The notes beneath the pieces are model-generated. The model was given only the letters and a program-made list of their open reading frames with translations, was not told the origin of the DNA and did no database searches. Of a DNA stretch of 64,000 nt, positions 21,638-32,918 are shown piece by piece. The stretch covers positions 203-64,202 of the forward strand of contig CAJTOV010000005.1 of NCBI GenBank assembly GCA_910577765.1, in the 5' to 3' direction. Position numbers and translations under genes: made by a program. Position 1 is the stretch's first letter, and each line of letters begins with the position of its first letter. The stretch is from an uncultured Lachnospiraceae bacterium (GTDB taxonomy: Bacteria; Bacillota; Clostridia; Lachnospirales; Lachnospiraceae).

Positions 21638-22466
21638 GAAGATGGAATGGCCGGATGGAAAGGCTTACGCCGCTATGATCAGTGTGAATCTGGATGCGGA
21701 ATATTTTGGAAAAATCTACTATCCCGACGTAAATGTAAAGGAAGGGGATATCCTGCGGCTGGGGCAGACCAGTATCCGCTTCGGGCTTCCCAGGCTTCTT
21801 TACACCCTCCGCTCCTATGGAGTGAAAGCAACCTTTTTTATTCCCTGGCAGGTGGCAAAGGATTACCCGGATGCCGTGAAAGCGGTGGTAAAGGAAGGCC
21901 ATGAAATCGGATGCCACGGCAATTGCCATGAACTCCTGGCCCCCATGACAAAGGCGGACCAGCTCCGTGTATTAAAAGAGGCAACCTATGGTCTGGAAGC
22001 ATTTGCAGGAAAGCCGGTAGAGGGCTTCCGCATGCCGGAAGGCGAAATCAATGAAGACACTTATCAGGTCCTAAAGGCCCTGGGATACACCTATTCCAGC
22101 TCCCTTTCGGATGATGACGTGCCTTATTTGAGAGAAAATTCCGGTATTATGGAGCTGCCTGTCCACTGGGAGCTGTTCGATCTGCCTTACTTTACCTTTA
22201 CCTTTGATCCGCCCATTCCGCCTGGGCAGGCAAGGGCGGCTTCCATGGATGATGTACTGGCCAACTGGTATTATGAGCTGGAGGGGGCCAGACGCTGGGG
22301 AACCCTTTTCAATCTCCAGTTAGACCCCCAGGCCACTGGCGAGCAGGGACGGATCTTTATGCTGGAACAACTGCTTGACACCATGAAGGAGACGGATGAT
22401 GTGTGGATTGCCACCGGCAGCCAAATCGCCCAATATTGCAGAACAAAAGGAGGATACCATGTCTGA
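21627..22466 (+). CDS. Second CE4 polysaccharide deacetylase-like protein
   Basis: WPDGK, ATFFIP, HEIGCHG..HE, GFRMP, YSSS, ELPVHW. Confidence 0.88.
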   Translation: MFIEKMEWPDGKAYAAMISVNLDAEYFGKIYYPDVNVKEGDILRLGQTSIRFGLPRLLYTLRSYGVKATFFIPWQVAKDYPDAVKAVVKEGHEIGCHGNCHELLAPMTKADQLRVLKEATYGLEAFAGKPVEGFRMPEGEINEDTYQVLKALGYTYSSSLSDDDVPYLRENSGIMELPVHWELFDLPYFTFTFDPPIPPGQARAASMDDVLANWYYELEGARRWGTLFNLQLDPQATGEQGRIFMLEQLLDTMKETDDVWIATGSQIAQYCRTKGGYHV

Positions 22467-23775
22467 AGCAGCATTAAATGCCCTGGCCAGCCGGCTGGTG
22501 GATATGACATTAAGCAAGACAAGATATGACCTGTGGGACTTGCAGTGGTATACGGAAAGCCCCTTCTGGCGGAGAACCAATATGCGGTATTCCAGGGAAT
22601 ATAAGACCATTCCCGACTATGAGATTGCGGACGCAAAACATGGCATGACCCTGGAGAATATTGTAAATGAATCCGCCCTTCTGATCGGGACCTTAGACCA
22701 GTGCAGGAAGACCGCAGATCCCAAGGAACAGCAGAGGGCAGACTACCTTTGGGAGCATATGAAGCATTTAAACCTGCGCTCCCGCATGCTTCTGGGGGAG
22801 AAGCTTTCCTTTGACCAGATGACAGACGGCCTTTACTGCCTGGTGGCCCCGGCCTATGATTACAGCCGTTTTGACGCAATATTAGAGGAACTGAACCAGG
22901 CCCTTCCCGGCGCGGGAACCGTCCAGCAGAAGATCCGGAACTTCCGCGGGCTCCTGGCCATACCCCCGCAGAATCTGCTGAAGGTAATTGAGACCTCCAC
23001 CCAGGTGTTCCACGATATCTCGGTAAAGAAGATGCATGTAACCGGAAACAGCATGCCCAGAGTACGGGTAAAAGAGCTGCCAAACAAGGATATGGTATTT
23101 TTGTCCATTCTCTTCGGATATGATTACAACCATCTGGAGTATGAGCGGAATTTTAATCTCCTTTATCCGTGGACCGTGGATAAGGTGATGGAGTATGTGG
23201 GGCACGAAATGGAGCCTGGCCATCTGACGTATTTTGAAAAACGGCTCCAGACCATGATTGATACCTGCTGGCCGGAAATGTCCATTGTATCCCAGTTTTC
23301 CTCCTCCAACTCCTTCGGCGAAGGCGCGGCAAGACATGCCATCTCCATGAGTTTTGACAACTCTGTGGAAAAACAGACAGACTTTGAGCGGGAAATCATT
23401 TTCAAAAACGCCGGGATCGACCTTACACTCAGTGAACTGATGCCTCTGTGGCACCGGTACTGTGAAATTGCAGGTTACGGCAGACTGGAAGTATCCCGCA
23501 ATCTCTGGGACAACACATGGACCGAAGAACAGGGAGCCGCCTTCCTGGAACAGTATGCATTTGCGGATGCAGGCTGCGGCCCGGAGCTGGTTCGGTCTAT
23601 GAAAAATGAAGATGACGGACATTATGTAGCCCACGACTACTCCAGGGATATTGTGAGAGCCTATTTTCATTCCGTAACGGAAGATGTAGACGAGCAGTGG
23701 CACCTTTATGAAAAATTATACTGCTCCCACATGTCCATGCGGGGGATTGTGGACCAGACCTACCGGCCTTTATAA
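22459..23775 (+). CDS. Hypothetical zincin-like protein (DUF885-like HE-x-x-PGH motif)
   Basis: AGGAGG RBS before ATG 22459; HEMEPGH and a downstream EG motif. Family assignment is by motif only. Confidence 0.65.
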   Translation: MSEAALNALASRLVDMTLSKTRYDLWDLQWYTESPFWRRTNMRYSREYKTIPDYEIADAKHGMTLENIVNESALLIGTLDQCRKTADPKEQQRADYLWEHMKHLNLRSRMLLGEKLSFDQMTDGLYCLVAPAYDYSRFDAILEELNQALPGAGTVQQKIRNFRGLLAIPPQNLLKVIETSTQVFHDISVKKMHVTGNSMPRVRVKELPNKDMVFLSILFGYDYNHLEYERNFNLLYPWTVDKVMEYVGHEMEPGHLTYFEKRLQTMIDTCWPEMSIVSQFSSSNSFGEGAARHAISMSFDNSVEKQTDFEREIIFKNAGIDLTLSELMPLWHRYCEIAGYGRLEVSRNLWDNTWTEEQGAAFLEQYAFADAGCGPELVRSMKNEDDGHYVAHDYSRDIVRAYFHSVTEDVDEQWHLYEKLYCSHMSMRGIVDQTYRPL

Positions 23776-23783
23776 ACCAGACC

Positions 23784-25472
23784 CTAAATCTCCAGTCCGC
23801 CTTCCAGCATTCCCGCCCTGATTAAGCTTTCCACTTTCAGTGCCAGGGAGATATTGAAGATGGTCTCGCTGTCCGACAGATTCTTATGAAGAAGCTGTGC
23901 TATCTTATTGAGGCGGGAATACAGGGTGTTTTTGTGGATATACAGGGCCTTGCAGATAGCTGTAGGAGAACAGCGGCAGGTGATATATCCTTCCAGAGTG
24001 GTAAAAAGCTCCCCGCCGTGCTGCTTGTCGTACTGGATAACCGGAAACACATACTCCCGGTACAACGCCATAAGGGGCATTAAATCTACCTGGCCGGAAT
24101 TATCAAAAAAGTACTGCAGAATCCCCAGATCGTCGTAAAAGCAGGGCTGATGCCTGGGATGATTCCGGGATATGGACAGGGCTTTCATGGCCTGGAGATA
24201 TCCCTGGCGTACTTCCTCGGTAGGTACCTCCCGGCTGATTCCGATTCCCTGGTACTGCCCTCCTAAAAGCTGCTGATAGGTGGCGAATACAGGCTCTAAA
24301 TCCTTTCCAGGGTCCTCAACCAGCTCTCTTGGCAGCAGGGTTACAATATAATCCTTCCGCTCAAATAAGAAGAAGTTGATGGTCCCCAGTACTTTGACTA
24401 ACCGGTCGTACATATAGTTGAATTCCTGGCTGCTCATCAGGGCATGGAAGGGCAGGGGGGAGGCGGGACTGGAATCCGGGTTACGCCCCGCGATGACACA
24501 ATAGTATGCATCATAAATAGGCTTTTCCACCAGACCGTATTTTTCCATCAGTTTTCGGAAATCCGTTTTGTCGGATTCGATCATTTCGTCCAGCAGAAAG
24601 TCATAATACCGGTTTACCGTATGGGCCAGTTCATTGGATTTGATAATATCAAATTTCAGAATGGACAGGATCTGCTGGACCTTTATGCTTTTGGCGGCAG
24701 TAAGCTGTCCTTCCGGGTCATCCGGTGCCAGAAACAGATATCCGTAGCAGTGGGCGTTATCCGTAATGGGAAATACCAGCACACAGCGGCCGGATTTCTT
24801 AAGATCGGGATTCTGATACCGGTAACCACCCAGCTTGCTTCCGCTGATGCCGGTAAGCATAGAAGGATGGTAGGAGGCGTCTTTTAGGGAAAAAGACATA
24901 AGGGCATGGTCCCAGTCAAAGGAATCTGTGGCACATAAAGGATCGACCACCAGATATTCTTTGGGCTGGCAGGGTGACCTGCGCATATCGGGAGTGGCAA
25001 AGGTCACCGGGCAGCCCAGAAGCTCTCCGGCAATCCCCAGGATGCTGTCTCCCTCACCAGTGGGGTGAGTCAGCTCCGCAGACAGCCGTTCCATGGTTTC
25101 CAGGGAAAGGCAGGCAAGGGTCTGAATCTGGCGGTAAGCCTGGTCATAACAGCAGGATACGGTCTCCGACAGATCCGACTGGTCCGGAATCTGATATGCC
25201 GGACAGGACAAAATCTGCCTGGAAGGAACCTCGGATGCATAAAATACGGCAGCACAATTCCGGAGGGCCAGCTTCCGGTCCAAGTCAGAATTCCACAGCC
25301 TGGCAGTTCCTCTGGGAAAGAAAACCAGAGCGTCTTCCTTAAGCTGTGCCAAAAACTTCTCTCCCGGTTCATAAATGACAATGGAATGAAGCCTGGGAAG
25401 CACACCATCCCGGGAGCTGTCGAAAGGAAGCAAGATTTTATCATCAATCAGGGAAGACAGAGGCAAATCCAT
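23784..25472 (-). CDS. PucR/CdaR-family transcriptional regulator
   Basis: C-terminal YDKQHGGELFTTLEGY...LYIHKNTLYSRLNKI (PucR HTH) and YDDLG. Confidence 0.88.
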   Translation of the reverse strand: MDLPLSSLIDDKILLPFDSSRDGVLPRLHSIVIYEPGEKFLAQLKEDALVFFPRGTARLWNSDLDRKLALRNCAAVFYASEVPSRQILSCPAYQIPDQSDLSETVSCCYDQAYRQIQTLACLSLETMERLSAELTHPTGEGDSILGIAGELLGCPVTFATPDMRRSPCQPKEYLVVDPLCATDSFDWDHALMSFSLKDASYHPSMLTGISGSKLGGYRYQNPDLKKSGRCVLVFPITDNAHCYGYLFLAPDDPEGQLTAAKSIKVQQILSILKFDIIKSNELAHTVNRYYDFLLDEMIESDKTDFRKLMEKYGLVEKPIYDAYYCVIAGRNPDSSPASPLPFHALMSSQEFNYMYDRLVKVLGTINFFLFERKDYIVTLLPRELVEDPGKDLEPVFATYQQLLGGQYQGIGISREVPTEEVRQGYLQAMKALSISRNHPRHQPCFYDDLGILQYFFDNSGQVDLMPLMALYREYVFPVIQYDKQHGGELFTTLEGYITCRCSPTAICKALYIHKNTLYSRLNKIAQLLHKNLSDSETIFNISLALKVESLIRAGMLEGGLEI

Positions 25473-25664
25473 ATAATATCAGTCTCCTTTGTGGGTAAAC
25501 ATGGTTATGGCAGCAGCAGTTCAAGGGGTATCCCAACTGAGGGTATGGCAGGCAAAAGACCACTATGGACAGCCGTTCCCGCCATGACACAGCTTTATCT
25601 TAACATAATAGAATAATTATGAAAAGAAAAATTTAAAATCTGGAGAAAGAGGGGAATCAATATA

Positions 25665-26426
25665 ATGAAAGACTATTTAAGAATCAGCGGTAAAACTGCC
25701 ATTGTAACAGGCGCCGGGCGGGGAATCGGCCGTGGAATCGCTTTGGAACTGGCATCCTATGGGGTGAAGGTGATGGTGGCAGATATCCATGACGAAAACG
25801 GCAGACGTGTAAAAAACGAGATTATGGAAGCAGGAGGCCAGGCGGAATACTGTCATTGTGATATCTGCAAGGTGGAGGATGTCCGGCATCTGGCAGCTTA
25901 CACGGCAGAGACCTTTGAAACCGTGGATATTCTGGTGAACAATGCCGGCGGAGGCGAGGCTCCCTGCAATTTCTTTGATATTACGGACGAGCGGTGGGAC
26001 CACTATGTGCGTTTTAATCTCTATGGCGCCTTTTATATGATCCGGGAGGTATTTCCCTATATGAAAGCACAGAAATCCGGCAAGATTGTAAATATCAGCT
26101 CCGGTTATGCCATTGGCGGCGGAGATTTCTGCGCCCACTATGCCTCTGCCAAGGCAGGACTGATCGGTCTGACCACATCCATTGCCAAGGAAGCGGCTCC
26201 CTACGGAATCAATGTGAACGTGATCCCGGTTCCTACTACCGATACACCGGGCCTCCGGGAGACTGATTATGAGCAGGTGGCAGACGAGATTCCCCTGATT
26301 CCCCTTGGCCGCATCGCGGTGCCGGAGGATGTGGCCAACACGGTACTGTTCCTGGTATCCCAGGCTTCCGACTATGTCACGGGCCAGATCGTGGCGCCAA
26401 ATGGAGGGAAGCGGATGCTGGTTTAA
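25665..26426 (+). CDS. Short-chain dehydrogenase/reductase
   Basis: TGAGRGIG, NNAG, YASAK; paralogous to 19976-20752. Confidence 0.93.
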   Translation: MKDYLRISGKTAIVTGAGRGIGRGIALELASYGVKVMVADIHDENGRRVKNEIMEAGGQAEYCHCDICKVEDVRHLAAYTAETFETVDILVNNAGGGEAPCNFFDITDERWDHYVRFNLYGAFYMIREVFPYMKAQKSGKIVNISSGYAIGGGDFCAHYASAKAGLIGLTTSIAKEAAPYGINVNVIPVPTTDTPGLRETDYEQVADEIPLIPLGRIAVPEDVANTVLFLVSQASDYVTGQIVAPNGGKRMLV

Positions 26427-26603
26427 ATACGATTTCCAACAATTTCATTTCATGAAATCTTCCTGTCTGTTCACACTAAGTGTATAGGAAATGTAACCGC
26501 TCAGACAAGGCCTCTTCCTATGTCCGGAAAGCACCGGGCATAGGAAACAGGATTTGCCCTCTGTCTGGGCATGTAATTTCAATTCTGCGAGGTGAACAGA
26601 CAC

Positions 26604-26903
26604 ATGAATACTACCAGTTATGACCATGCAAACGGCTCCCAGTCCGACGGGGATATCTTCCGCTCTGCTGCACCTGTCTCCAGGGATTCCTCCCGGGAAG
26701 TACCACAGACCCCAGGGCAGCCTGAAAGGACCCCGGAAGTCCCCAATGATCCCTACGGCTGTGACACCCCAGGCGCCCTGGATATCCGGGCCAGTTCCGC
26801 CATGGACTGCACCGGACTGATCCCGGCTTTGCCGGAATCCGAGGCGGAGCTTGAGTCCTATGCAGAACTTTATCATTACCCGGCGGATATTTTCAACGGG
26901 TGA
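26604..26903 (+). CDS. Small conserved hypothetical protein
   Basis: GAGGTG RBS before ATG 26604; C-terminal SAMDCTGLIPALPESEAELESYAELY resembles a Clostridia hypothetical family. Confidence 0.65.
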   Translation: MNTTSYDHANGSQSDGDIFRSAAPVSRDSSREVPQTPGQPERTPEVPNDPYGCDTPGALDIRASSAMDCTGLIPALPESEAELESYAELYHYPADIFNG

Positions 26904-27019
26904 TCCGGCTTCCCCGTACTGCAAAAAGCCTCAAGAAGCTTACGTGCATCCGAAAGCCCAATGGTTTTGCCTTTATCGCTCTTACCCATGCAGATCGTTC
27001 CGCCCTGCACATTTGCCCT

Positions 27020-28075
27020 TTACCTTCTCACCAGATCCCCCAGAATCTCCTTCTCCGCAAACAGTGCCGTAGCTCCGCCGGTATGCCAGAAGACTACGGT
27101 GCTGCCTGCGGGAACCTGGCCGGTGCGGATGTAATCCAGCATTCCGGCAAAGGCCTTGCCGGAATACACCGGGTCTAACAGCAGGCCTTCCTCCCTGGCC
27201 AGCAGGCGGATAGCTTCGCTGGAGGCCTCATTGGGAATCTCATATCCGGGCAGATAATAGTTTAAGTCTGTGTGAAGGTCCCCAGGCTCCACCTCCACCC
27301 CCCGGGCCCCCAGCACGGCCAGGGTCCGGTTTGCCAGGTCTGCGGACTTCCTAAGATACACCGGCTCCTTATGGCTCACATTGATGGAGATAATCTCTGT
27401 GTCAGAGCCCAGCAGCTTCCGTCCTGCATGAAGCCCTGCCATGGTGCCGCCGGTGCCGGTGGCGTGGAAAATATAGTCTGCCTTCACGCCCATGGCTTCC
27501 ATCTGCTCCTCCAGTTCCACAAATCCTCCTGCAAAGCCGACGGAACCGGTCTCACTGGCGCCGCCCATGGGAACCTCATAGCAGTGGTGCCCCTGGGCCT
27601 CCAGCCGGGCCATATGCTCCTTTGCCATCCGGAAGGAACGCTCCTCTGCATCCTGCTCAGTCTCCCCCTCTTCTATATTCACAATATGTACCTCTGCCCC
27701 CATGACCCGGTCCAGCAGCAGATTTGCCCGGATATCCTCCTCATCCGGCTTCACCACAGCCACCAGATACAGAACCGGTATGAGACCCAGCCTGCGGCAG
27801 GCTGACACGGTCTGCATGGCATGGTTGGACTGGGTGGCACCGTAGGTAAAGATGATATCACAGCCCTTTTCTTTTGCATCCCCCAGCAGATATTCCAGCT
27901 TGCGGATCTTATTGCCGCCAAAGAGGCTGATGCCGCTGAAATCATCCCGCTTGATGTACAGCTCTACTCCAAGCTGACCGGAAAGCCGCTCCAGCTTGTA
28001 GCAGGGGGTGGGGTAGAATCCAAGTTCTGCTTTTGGCAGACGTCCTAAAAGTTCCTTTGCGCCTGTTCTGTCCAT
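27020..28075 (-). CDS. D-cysteine desulfhydrase/ACC deaminase-family PLP enzyme
   Basis: KRDD...GGNKIRKLEY, GATQSNH, LDPVYSGK, FWHTGG. Start placed at ATG 28075 after AAGGAG. Confidence 0.92.
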   Translation of the reverse strand: MDRTGAKELLGRLPKAELGFYPTPCYKLERLSGQLGVELYIKRDDFSGISLFGGNKIRKLEYLLGDAKEKGCDIIFTYGATQSNHAMQTVSACRRLGLIPVLYLVAVVKPDEEDIRANLLLDRVMGAEVHIVNIEEGETEQDAEERSFRMAKEHMARLEAQGHHCYEVPMGGASETGSVGFAGGFVELEEQMEAMGVKADYIFHATGTGGTMAGLHAGRKLLGSDTEIISINVSHKEPVYLRKSADLANRTLAVLGARGVEVEPGDLHTDLNYYLPGYEIPNEASSEAIRLLAREEGLLLDPVYSGKAFAGMLDYIRTGQVPAGSTVVFWHTGGATALFAEKEILGDLVRR

Positions 28076-28181
28076 GTGATTGATTCTCCTTCTATTTGTC
28101 TGATATTCCAATGTCCGTGCAGCCTTGTACCAAAGCCTGGTTTTAGCCGGATTCATCATTCCGTCTGCCGGGTACGGCCGC

Positions 28182-28730
28182 TCAATAATCTCCCTTCCGC
28201 AGAAGCTTCCTGAGATAGGCAAAGGTCTTCCGCTCTCCCTGGTCCTTTAGCATCAGAAGGATATACTCCAGCATTTCCTTTGTTCTGGGGTGCATGACCC
28301 CGGTGAGATAAGGCTGCTCCCGCTGGTAGTATTCCCAGGCGGAGCCGTCGGTATAGTGCTTCCCCTGGTACACCCGGGAGGCGGCGATCCGGTCCATGAT
28401 CATCTCCACCAGATAATTGACCGGCATCTTGCAGCCTACCAGGCCAAAGCTGGCTTTGGAAAAATCAATCCAGTATTCAAAATGGTGCTTGTTGCGGCCC
28501 TTATGGTGGAGCCAGGCAGTGGAATAGCCCTTCTCGTCCCGCTCTGCCGCATTGGGACTGCGGGTGCCCTGGAAATACCGGACTCCGGTCAGGAACTCAG
28601 CAGGGCTGTACTTGGACAGATCATGGAGAAGCCCCTGCTTAAAAAGCCCTACCCGGAAACAGTTTTTCATCACCAGAAGCTTGTGTTCTGTGATGGTCTT
28701 AAAATGACTTTTTGCATTATCCCAGTTCAT
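28182..28730 (-). CDS. DUF5662-family HD-like protein
   Basis: LLHDLSKYS, WLHHKGRNKHHFEYW, EMIMDRIAA. Confidence 0.8.
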   Translation of the reverse strand: MNWDNAKSHFKTITEHKLLVMKNCFRVGLFKQGLLHDLSKYSPAEFLTGVRYFQGTRSPNAAERDEKGYSTAWLHHKGRNKHHFEYWIDFSKASFGLVGCKMPVNYLVEMIMDRIAASRVYQGKHYTDGSAWEYYQREQPYLTGVMHPRTKEMLEYILLMLKDQGERKTFAYLRKLLRKGDY

Positions 28731-28867
28731 GTTCATTTACCCCGAATGATTATGTTTACGTTTAAAGTCCATCGCCGCCAGGCGATCTAAAATCAGGGAT
28801 GCCAAATGCGCCCACCAGACTTTTGTTCATTGGTGGCACGTCCCCCGCTGGACGCATGGAGGTTTGC

Positions 28868-30061
28868 TTAGAGAAGTTCCTCCACCGGCTCCCCGATGGT
28901 CCCCTCCGGCATGGCCACACCAAAATTCTTTGCCACGGTAGCCCCCACCGCCGCAAAGGTATCCGGCTCCGGAAGGGGGCCACTGCCTGTCAGGCCTTTG
29001 GAATAAGCCAGCAGAGGCACATCCTCCCGTGTGTGGTCCGTTCCGGTAAAGGCAGGATCATTGCCGTGGTCTGCGGTGATCATCAGAAGATCCTCTTCCC
29101 CCAGCACCTCCAGAAGCTGTCCCAGCTTCTCGTCGAACCGTTCCAGCTCCCTGGCATAGCCTTCCGGGTCTCTCCGGTGGCCCCACAAGGCGTCAAAATC
29201 CACCAGATTCACGAAACACAGCCCATGGAAATCCTCCCCGGCCACCTGGATGGTCTGCTCCATACCGTGAACCGAGCTTGTGGATTTCAGGGCCCGGGTG
29301 ATCCCGCAGCCGGAAAAGATATCCCGTATCTTCCCGATGGAAATCACATCCAGCCCCTGGTCCTTTAAGGCATCCAGCACGGTCTGGCCAAAGGGAGGCA
29401 CCGCATAATCATGGCGGTTGCTGGTGCGCTTGAATTCCCCCCTGCGCTTTCCCACGTAGGGGCGGGCGATAACACGGCCCACCTTCCATTCATCCCGCAT
29501 GGTCAGCTCCCTGGCGATCTCGCAGCACCGGTACAGCTCCGCCAAATCAAAGGTCTCCTCATTGCCGCAGATCTGCAGGACGGAATCCGCGGAGGTATAG
29601 ACAATCATATGGCCCGTGGCAATCTCTTCCTCCGCCAGTTCCTCCAGAATGACGGTGCCGCTGGCACTCTTATTGCCGATGACCTTGTGGCCGGTGCGCC
29701 GCTCCAGCTCTGCCACCAGTTCCGGCGGAAACCCGTGGTCCGTGAAGGTAATGAAAGGCTTCTCAGTCTTTAAGCCCATCAGTTCCCAGTGGCCGGTCAT
29801 GGTGTCCTTGCCCCGGCTCCGCTCGTGAAGCCTTGTGTAGTACCCTTCCGGGCTGTCCGCAGGCGGCACCTGCCGCAGAGGATGCAGGTTGGCAAGGCCC
29901 AGCCGTCTTAAGTTGGGAATGGAAAACGCTTCCACGCTGTCGGAAATGTGCCCCAGGGTGTCGGTCCCTCCATCCCCATAGTCTGCCGCGTCCCCGGCTG
30001 CCCCCACCCCCAGGGAATCAATGACGATCACAAATATACGCTTCCATCTCTCTTTATCCAT
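28868..30061 (-). CDS. deoB: Phosphopentomutase
   Basis: [39 protein letters not shown]...TDHTRE. Confidence 0.97.
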   Translation of the reverse strand: MDKERWKRIFVIVIDSLGVGAAGDAADYGDGGTDTLGHISDSVEAFSIPNLRRLGLANLHPLRQVPPADSPEGYYTRLHERSRGKDTMTGHWELMGLKTEKPFITFTDHGFPPELVAELERRTGHKVIGNKSASGTVILEELAEEEIATGHMIVYTSADSVLQICGNEETFDLAELYRCCEIARELTMRDEWKVGRVIARPYVGKRRGEFKRTSNRHDYAVPPFGQTVLDALKDQGLDVISIGKIRDIFSGCGITRALKSTSSVHGMEQTIQVAGEDFHGLCFVNLVDFDALWGHRRDPEGYARELERFDEKLGQLLEVLGEEDLLMITADHGNDPAFTGTDHTREDVPLLAYSKGLTGSGPLPEPDTFAAVGATVAKNFGVAMPEGTIGEPVEELL

Positions 30062-30103
30062 ATGACTCCCTCCTCATTGTGATGCCTTCCCGTTCTTCCG
30101 GCC

Positions 30104-30526
30104 TTATGCCAGATTATCTGGTCCAAAGCCCATTGGAAGCAGCTCTTCAAGCTTATACTCCTTCCAATGGTTTTCATCCAGGGCCAGAATCACCCGGAAG
30201 GTCCTGGGGCTGCAGAATTCCATCATTACCTGGCGGCATACGCCGCAGGGGGCGGTGTAGGATTCCGGCTTTCCCGCTTTGCCGCCTACGATACAGATGG
30301 CCGCAAAATCCCGCTCCCCCTCACTGACTGCTTTAAAGAAGGCGGTACGCTCCGCACAGTTGGTGGGGGTGTAGGCCGCGTTTTCGATATTACAGCCCTG
30401 GTAGATCTTCCCGCTGCCTGTCAGCAGGGCAGCCCCTACCTGGAAATGGGAGTAGGGGGAATAGGATCTTCCCATGGCTTCTATGGCAGCGCAGATCAGC
30501 CTGCTGTTTGTGCTGGTTCCACTCAT
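30104..30526 (-). CDS. cdd: Cytidine deaminase
   Basis: [26 protein letters not shown]. True start ATG 30526 after AGGAGG. Confidence 0.96.
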   Translation of the reverse strand: MSGTSTNSRLICAAIEAMGRSYSPYSHFQVGAALLTGSGKIYQGCNIENAAYTPTNCAERTAFFKAVSEGERDFAAICIVGGKAGKPESYTAPCGVCRQVMMEFCSPRTFRVILALDENHWKEYKLEELLPMGFGPDNLA

Positions 30527-31209
30527 ACCTGTATCCTCCTTCCCGGCAGTTCTTCTCTGGCCAGTCCCACCACCCGGCTGCTGCCCAGACGGTCCGCTCC
30601 CAGGGCCAGAAACTCCCTGGCGTCTTCCAGGCTTCCAATCCCACCGGCAGCCTTGATCCGGACCCCCGGACCCACATGCTCCGCAAAAAGCCGTATATCC
30701 TCCGGTGTGGCTCCTGCCCTGGAAAACCCGGTAGAGGTCTTGATGAAATCCGCCCCGGCCTCCGTGACCACCTGGCACATGCGGATCTTTTCTTCCCGGG
30801 TCAAAAGGCAGGTCTCAATGATCACTTTCAGAATCTTCGGTCCGCAGATTGCTTTCAGCCTGCGGATTTCTTCCTCCACCAGGTCAAAATGCCCATCCTT
30901 CACCCAGCCTAAATGGATGACCATATCAATCTCGTCCGCCCCATCCTCCAGGGCCTGTCTGGTTTCTGATGCCTTGGCCTCTGTAGTGCTGTAGCCGTTA
31001 GGAAACCCCACCACCGTACAGACTGCCATCTGGTCCTTCACATATGCTTTGGCCTGCTTCACATAGGAAGGCGGGATGCAGACCGATGCCGTATGGAAGG
31101 CCATGGCTTCATCACAGAGGACACGGATATCCTCCCAGCCTGCGGTCTGGGCAAGCTGGGTGTGGTCCACATGGTCCAGAATGTCACTGATTTCTATGTT
31201 CTCCATCAT
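30523..31209 (-). CDS. deoC: Deoxyribose-phosphate aldolase
   Basis: [36 protein letters not shown]. Confidence 0.97.
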   Translation of the reverse strand: MMENIEISDILDHVDHTQLAQTAGWEDIRVLCDEAMAFHTASVCIPPSYVKQAKAYVKDQMAVCTVVGFPNGYSTTEAKASETRQALEDGADEIDMVIHLGWVKDGHFDLVEEEIRRLKAICGPKILKVIIETCLLTREEKIRMCQVVTEAGADFIKTSTGFSRAGATPEDIRLFAEHVGPGVRIKAAGGIGSLEDAREFLALGADRLGSSRVVGLAREELPGRRIQV

Positions 31210-31991
31210 GATATTCCCCCTGCATCCCTCTGAATCAGAATCCGCACTGCTTCCACTGCCGTGCGGATGGCCGCGTCCGTATCGTGAACCACAGGATTCT
31301 CAAGGCCTTTCTTTGCCCGTTCCTGGTTGGCCATCACCAGCAGCACGGCCCCGGCCCGGACTTTCAGATAGGAGGCCACGATGAACACGGCTGCCGACTC
31401 CATCTCCGACGCCTTGCAGCCCATCTGGACCCAGGCGTTCCATTTGTCCAGCAGCTCATAGCCTACCGGCTTGGTCTCCGGGGAATGCTGGCCGTAGAAG
31501 GAATCCTTGCACTGGACCACCCCCACATGGCAGGTCTGGGACAGCCGGGCGGCTGCCTCTGCCAGGGCACCGGTGACGCCGAAATCCGGCACTGCCGGAA
31601 ACTCAATAGGTGCATATTCTTTGCTGGTGCCTTCTGCCCGGATGGCGCCGTTGGCTACCACCAGGTCCCCGCTTTTCACGTCCAGGGCCATGCCGCCGCT
31701 GGTGCCCACACGGATAAAGGTGTCCGCTCCGCACTGGACCAGCTCTTCCATGGCAATGGCTGCCGAGGGACCGCCGATACCGGTGGAAGTGACACTGACC
31801 GTCACCCCGTCCAGGGTGCCGGTGTAAGTCACATATTCCCGGTTGTCCGCAACAAGCCGGGGATTGTCAAAATACCTGGCAATCAGCCTGCACCGCTTAG
31901 GGTCCCCGGGCAGGATCACATACCGGCCCACCTCTCCTTTTGCCACCTGGATATGGTACAGTCTGTCTTCATTTTCCGAATAATTGATCAT
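31206..31991 (-). CDS. udp: Uridine phosphorylase
   Basis: [28 protein letters not shown]. Confidence 0.95.
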   Translation of the reverse strand: MINYSENEDRLYHIQVAKGEVGRYVILPGDPKRCRLIARYFDNPRLVADNREYVTYTGTLDGVTVSVTSTGIGGPSAAIAMEELVQCGADTFIRVGTSGGMALDVKSGDLVVANGAIRAEGTSKEYAPIEFPAVPDFGVTGALAEAAARLSQTCHVGVVQCKDSFYGQHSPETKPVGYELLDKWNAWVQMGCKASEMESAAVFIVASYLKVRAGAVLLVMANQERAKKGLENPVVHDTDAAIRTAVEAVRILIQRDAGGIS

Positions 31992-32018
31992 GGTTTGTCC
32001 CCCTTTTTACTATATGCC

Positions 32019-32897
32019 CTACTTTGCCCTGGCAAGCAGCCCCTCCAGTTCCTCCACCGTCACCGGATAATGCTTATTGCAGAAATGACAGTTCACCTCA
32101 ATGGTTTTCCCCTCGTCGATCATACTTTGCAGCTCCTGCTTTCCCACGCTGACCAGGGCCTTCTCAATCCGCTCCCTGGTGCAGCTGCAGGAAAACTGTA
32201 CCGGCATCCGGTCCTGGATCTCCAGGCCATAGGCCCCGATCACTTCCTCCAGAAGCATTTCCGGCGTCAGGCCTTTGTCCAGCAGGGCGGTCACCGGCTC
32301 CATCTCCCCCAGGGTACGCTCCAGACCGGATATGATCTCCTCCGATGCCCCGGGCAGAAGCTGGATGATAAAGCCTCCGGCCTGCCGCACCGTATTCTCC
32401 CTGTTCATCAGAACCCCCAGGGCCACACTGGAAGGGGTCTGCTCCGAGGTGGCAAAGTAATAGGTCAGATCCTCGGCAATCTCGCCGCTGACCAGGATGG
32501 TCTGGCCCACATAAGGCTCCTTAAGGCCAATATCCTTAATCACGGTCAGAACCCCGATCCCCAGCGCTCCGCCTACATCCAGCTTGCCCTTGTCACTGGG
32601 GGGCAGCATTACCTCCGGGTGAAATACGTAGCCTTTGACATTTCCCCTGGAATCTGCGGTCACGGTCAGGCCCCCTATGGGGCCGTCCCCCTCAATCTTA
32701 ATGGTCAGAAGGTCCTTCTCCCCCTTCATCATGGCACCCATCATGGCACCGCCGGTCAGCAGCCTTCCCAGGGCTGCCGTAGCCACGGGGCTGGTGTTGT
32801 GGGCGTTCCGGGCAAATTCCGTCAGGCCCCTGGTGGTAGCCGCAAAGGCACGGATCTGCCCCTGGGCCGCTGTGGCCCGGACAATATAATCGGTCAT
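32019..32897 (-). CDS. hslO: Hsp33 redox-regulated chaperone
   Basis: GEIAEDLTYY, CSC and CHFC zinc motifs. Start at ATG 32897 after GGAGG. Confidence 0.96.
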   Translation of the reverse strand: MTDYIVRATAAQGQIRAFAATTRGLTEFARNAHNTSPVATAALGRLLTGGAMMGAMMKGEKDLLTIKIEGDGPIGGLTVTADSRGNVKGYVFHPEVMLPPSDKGKLDVGGALGIGVLTVIKDIGLKEPYVGQTILVSGEIAEDLTYYFATSEQTPSSVALGVLMNRENTVRQAGGFIIQLLPGASEEIISGLERTLGEMEPVTALLDKGLTPEMLLEEVIGAYGLEIQDRMPVQFSCSCTRERIEKALVSVGKQELQSMIDEGKTIEVNCHFCNKHYPVTVEELEGLLARAK

Positions 32898-32918
32898 GGT
32901 TTCCTCCATTTTTGTTTC

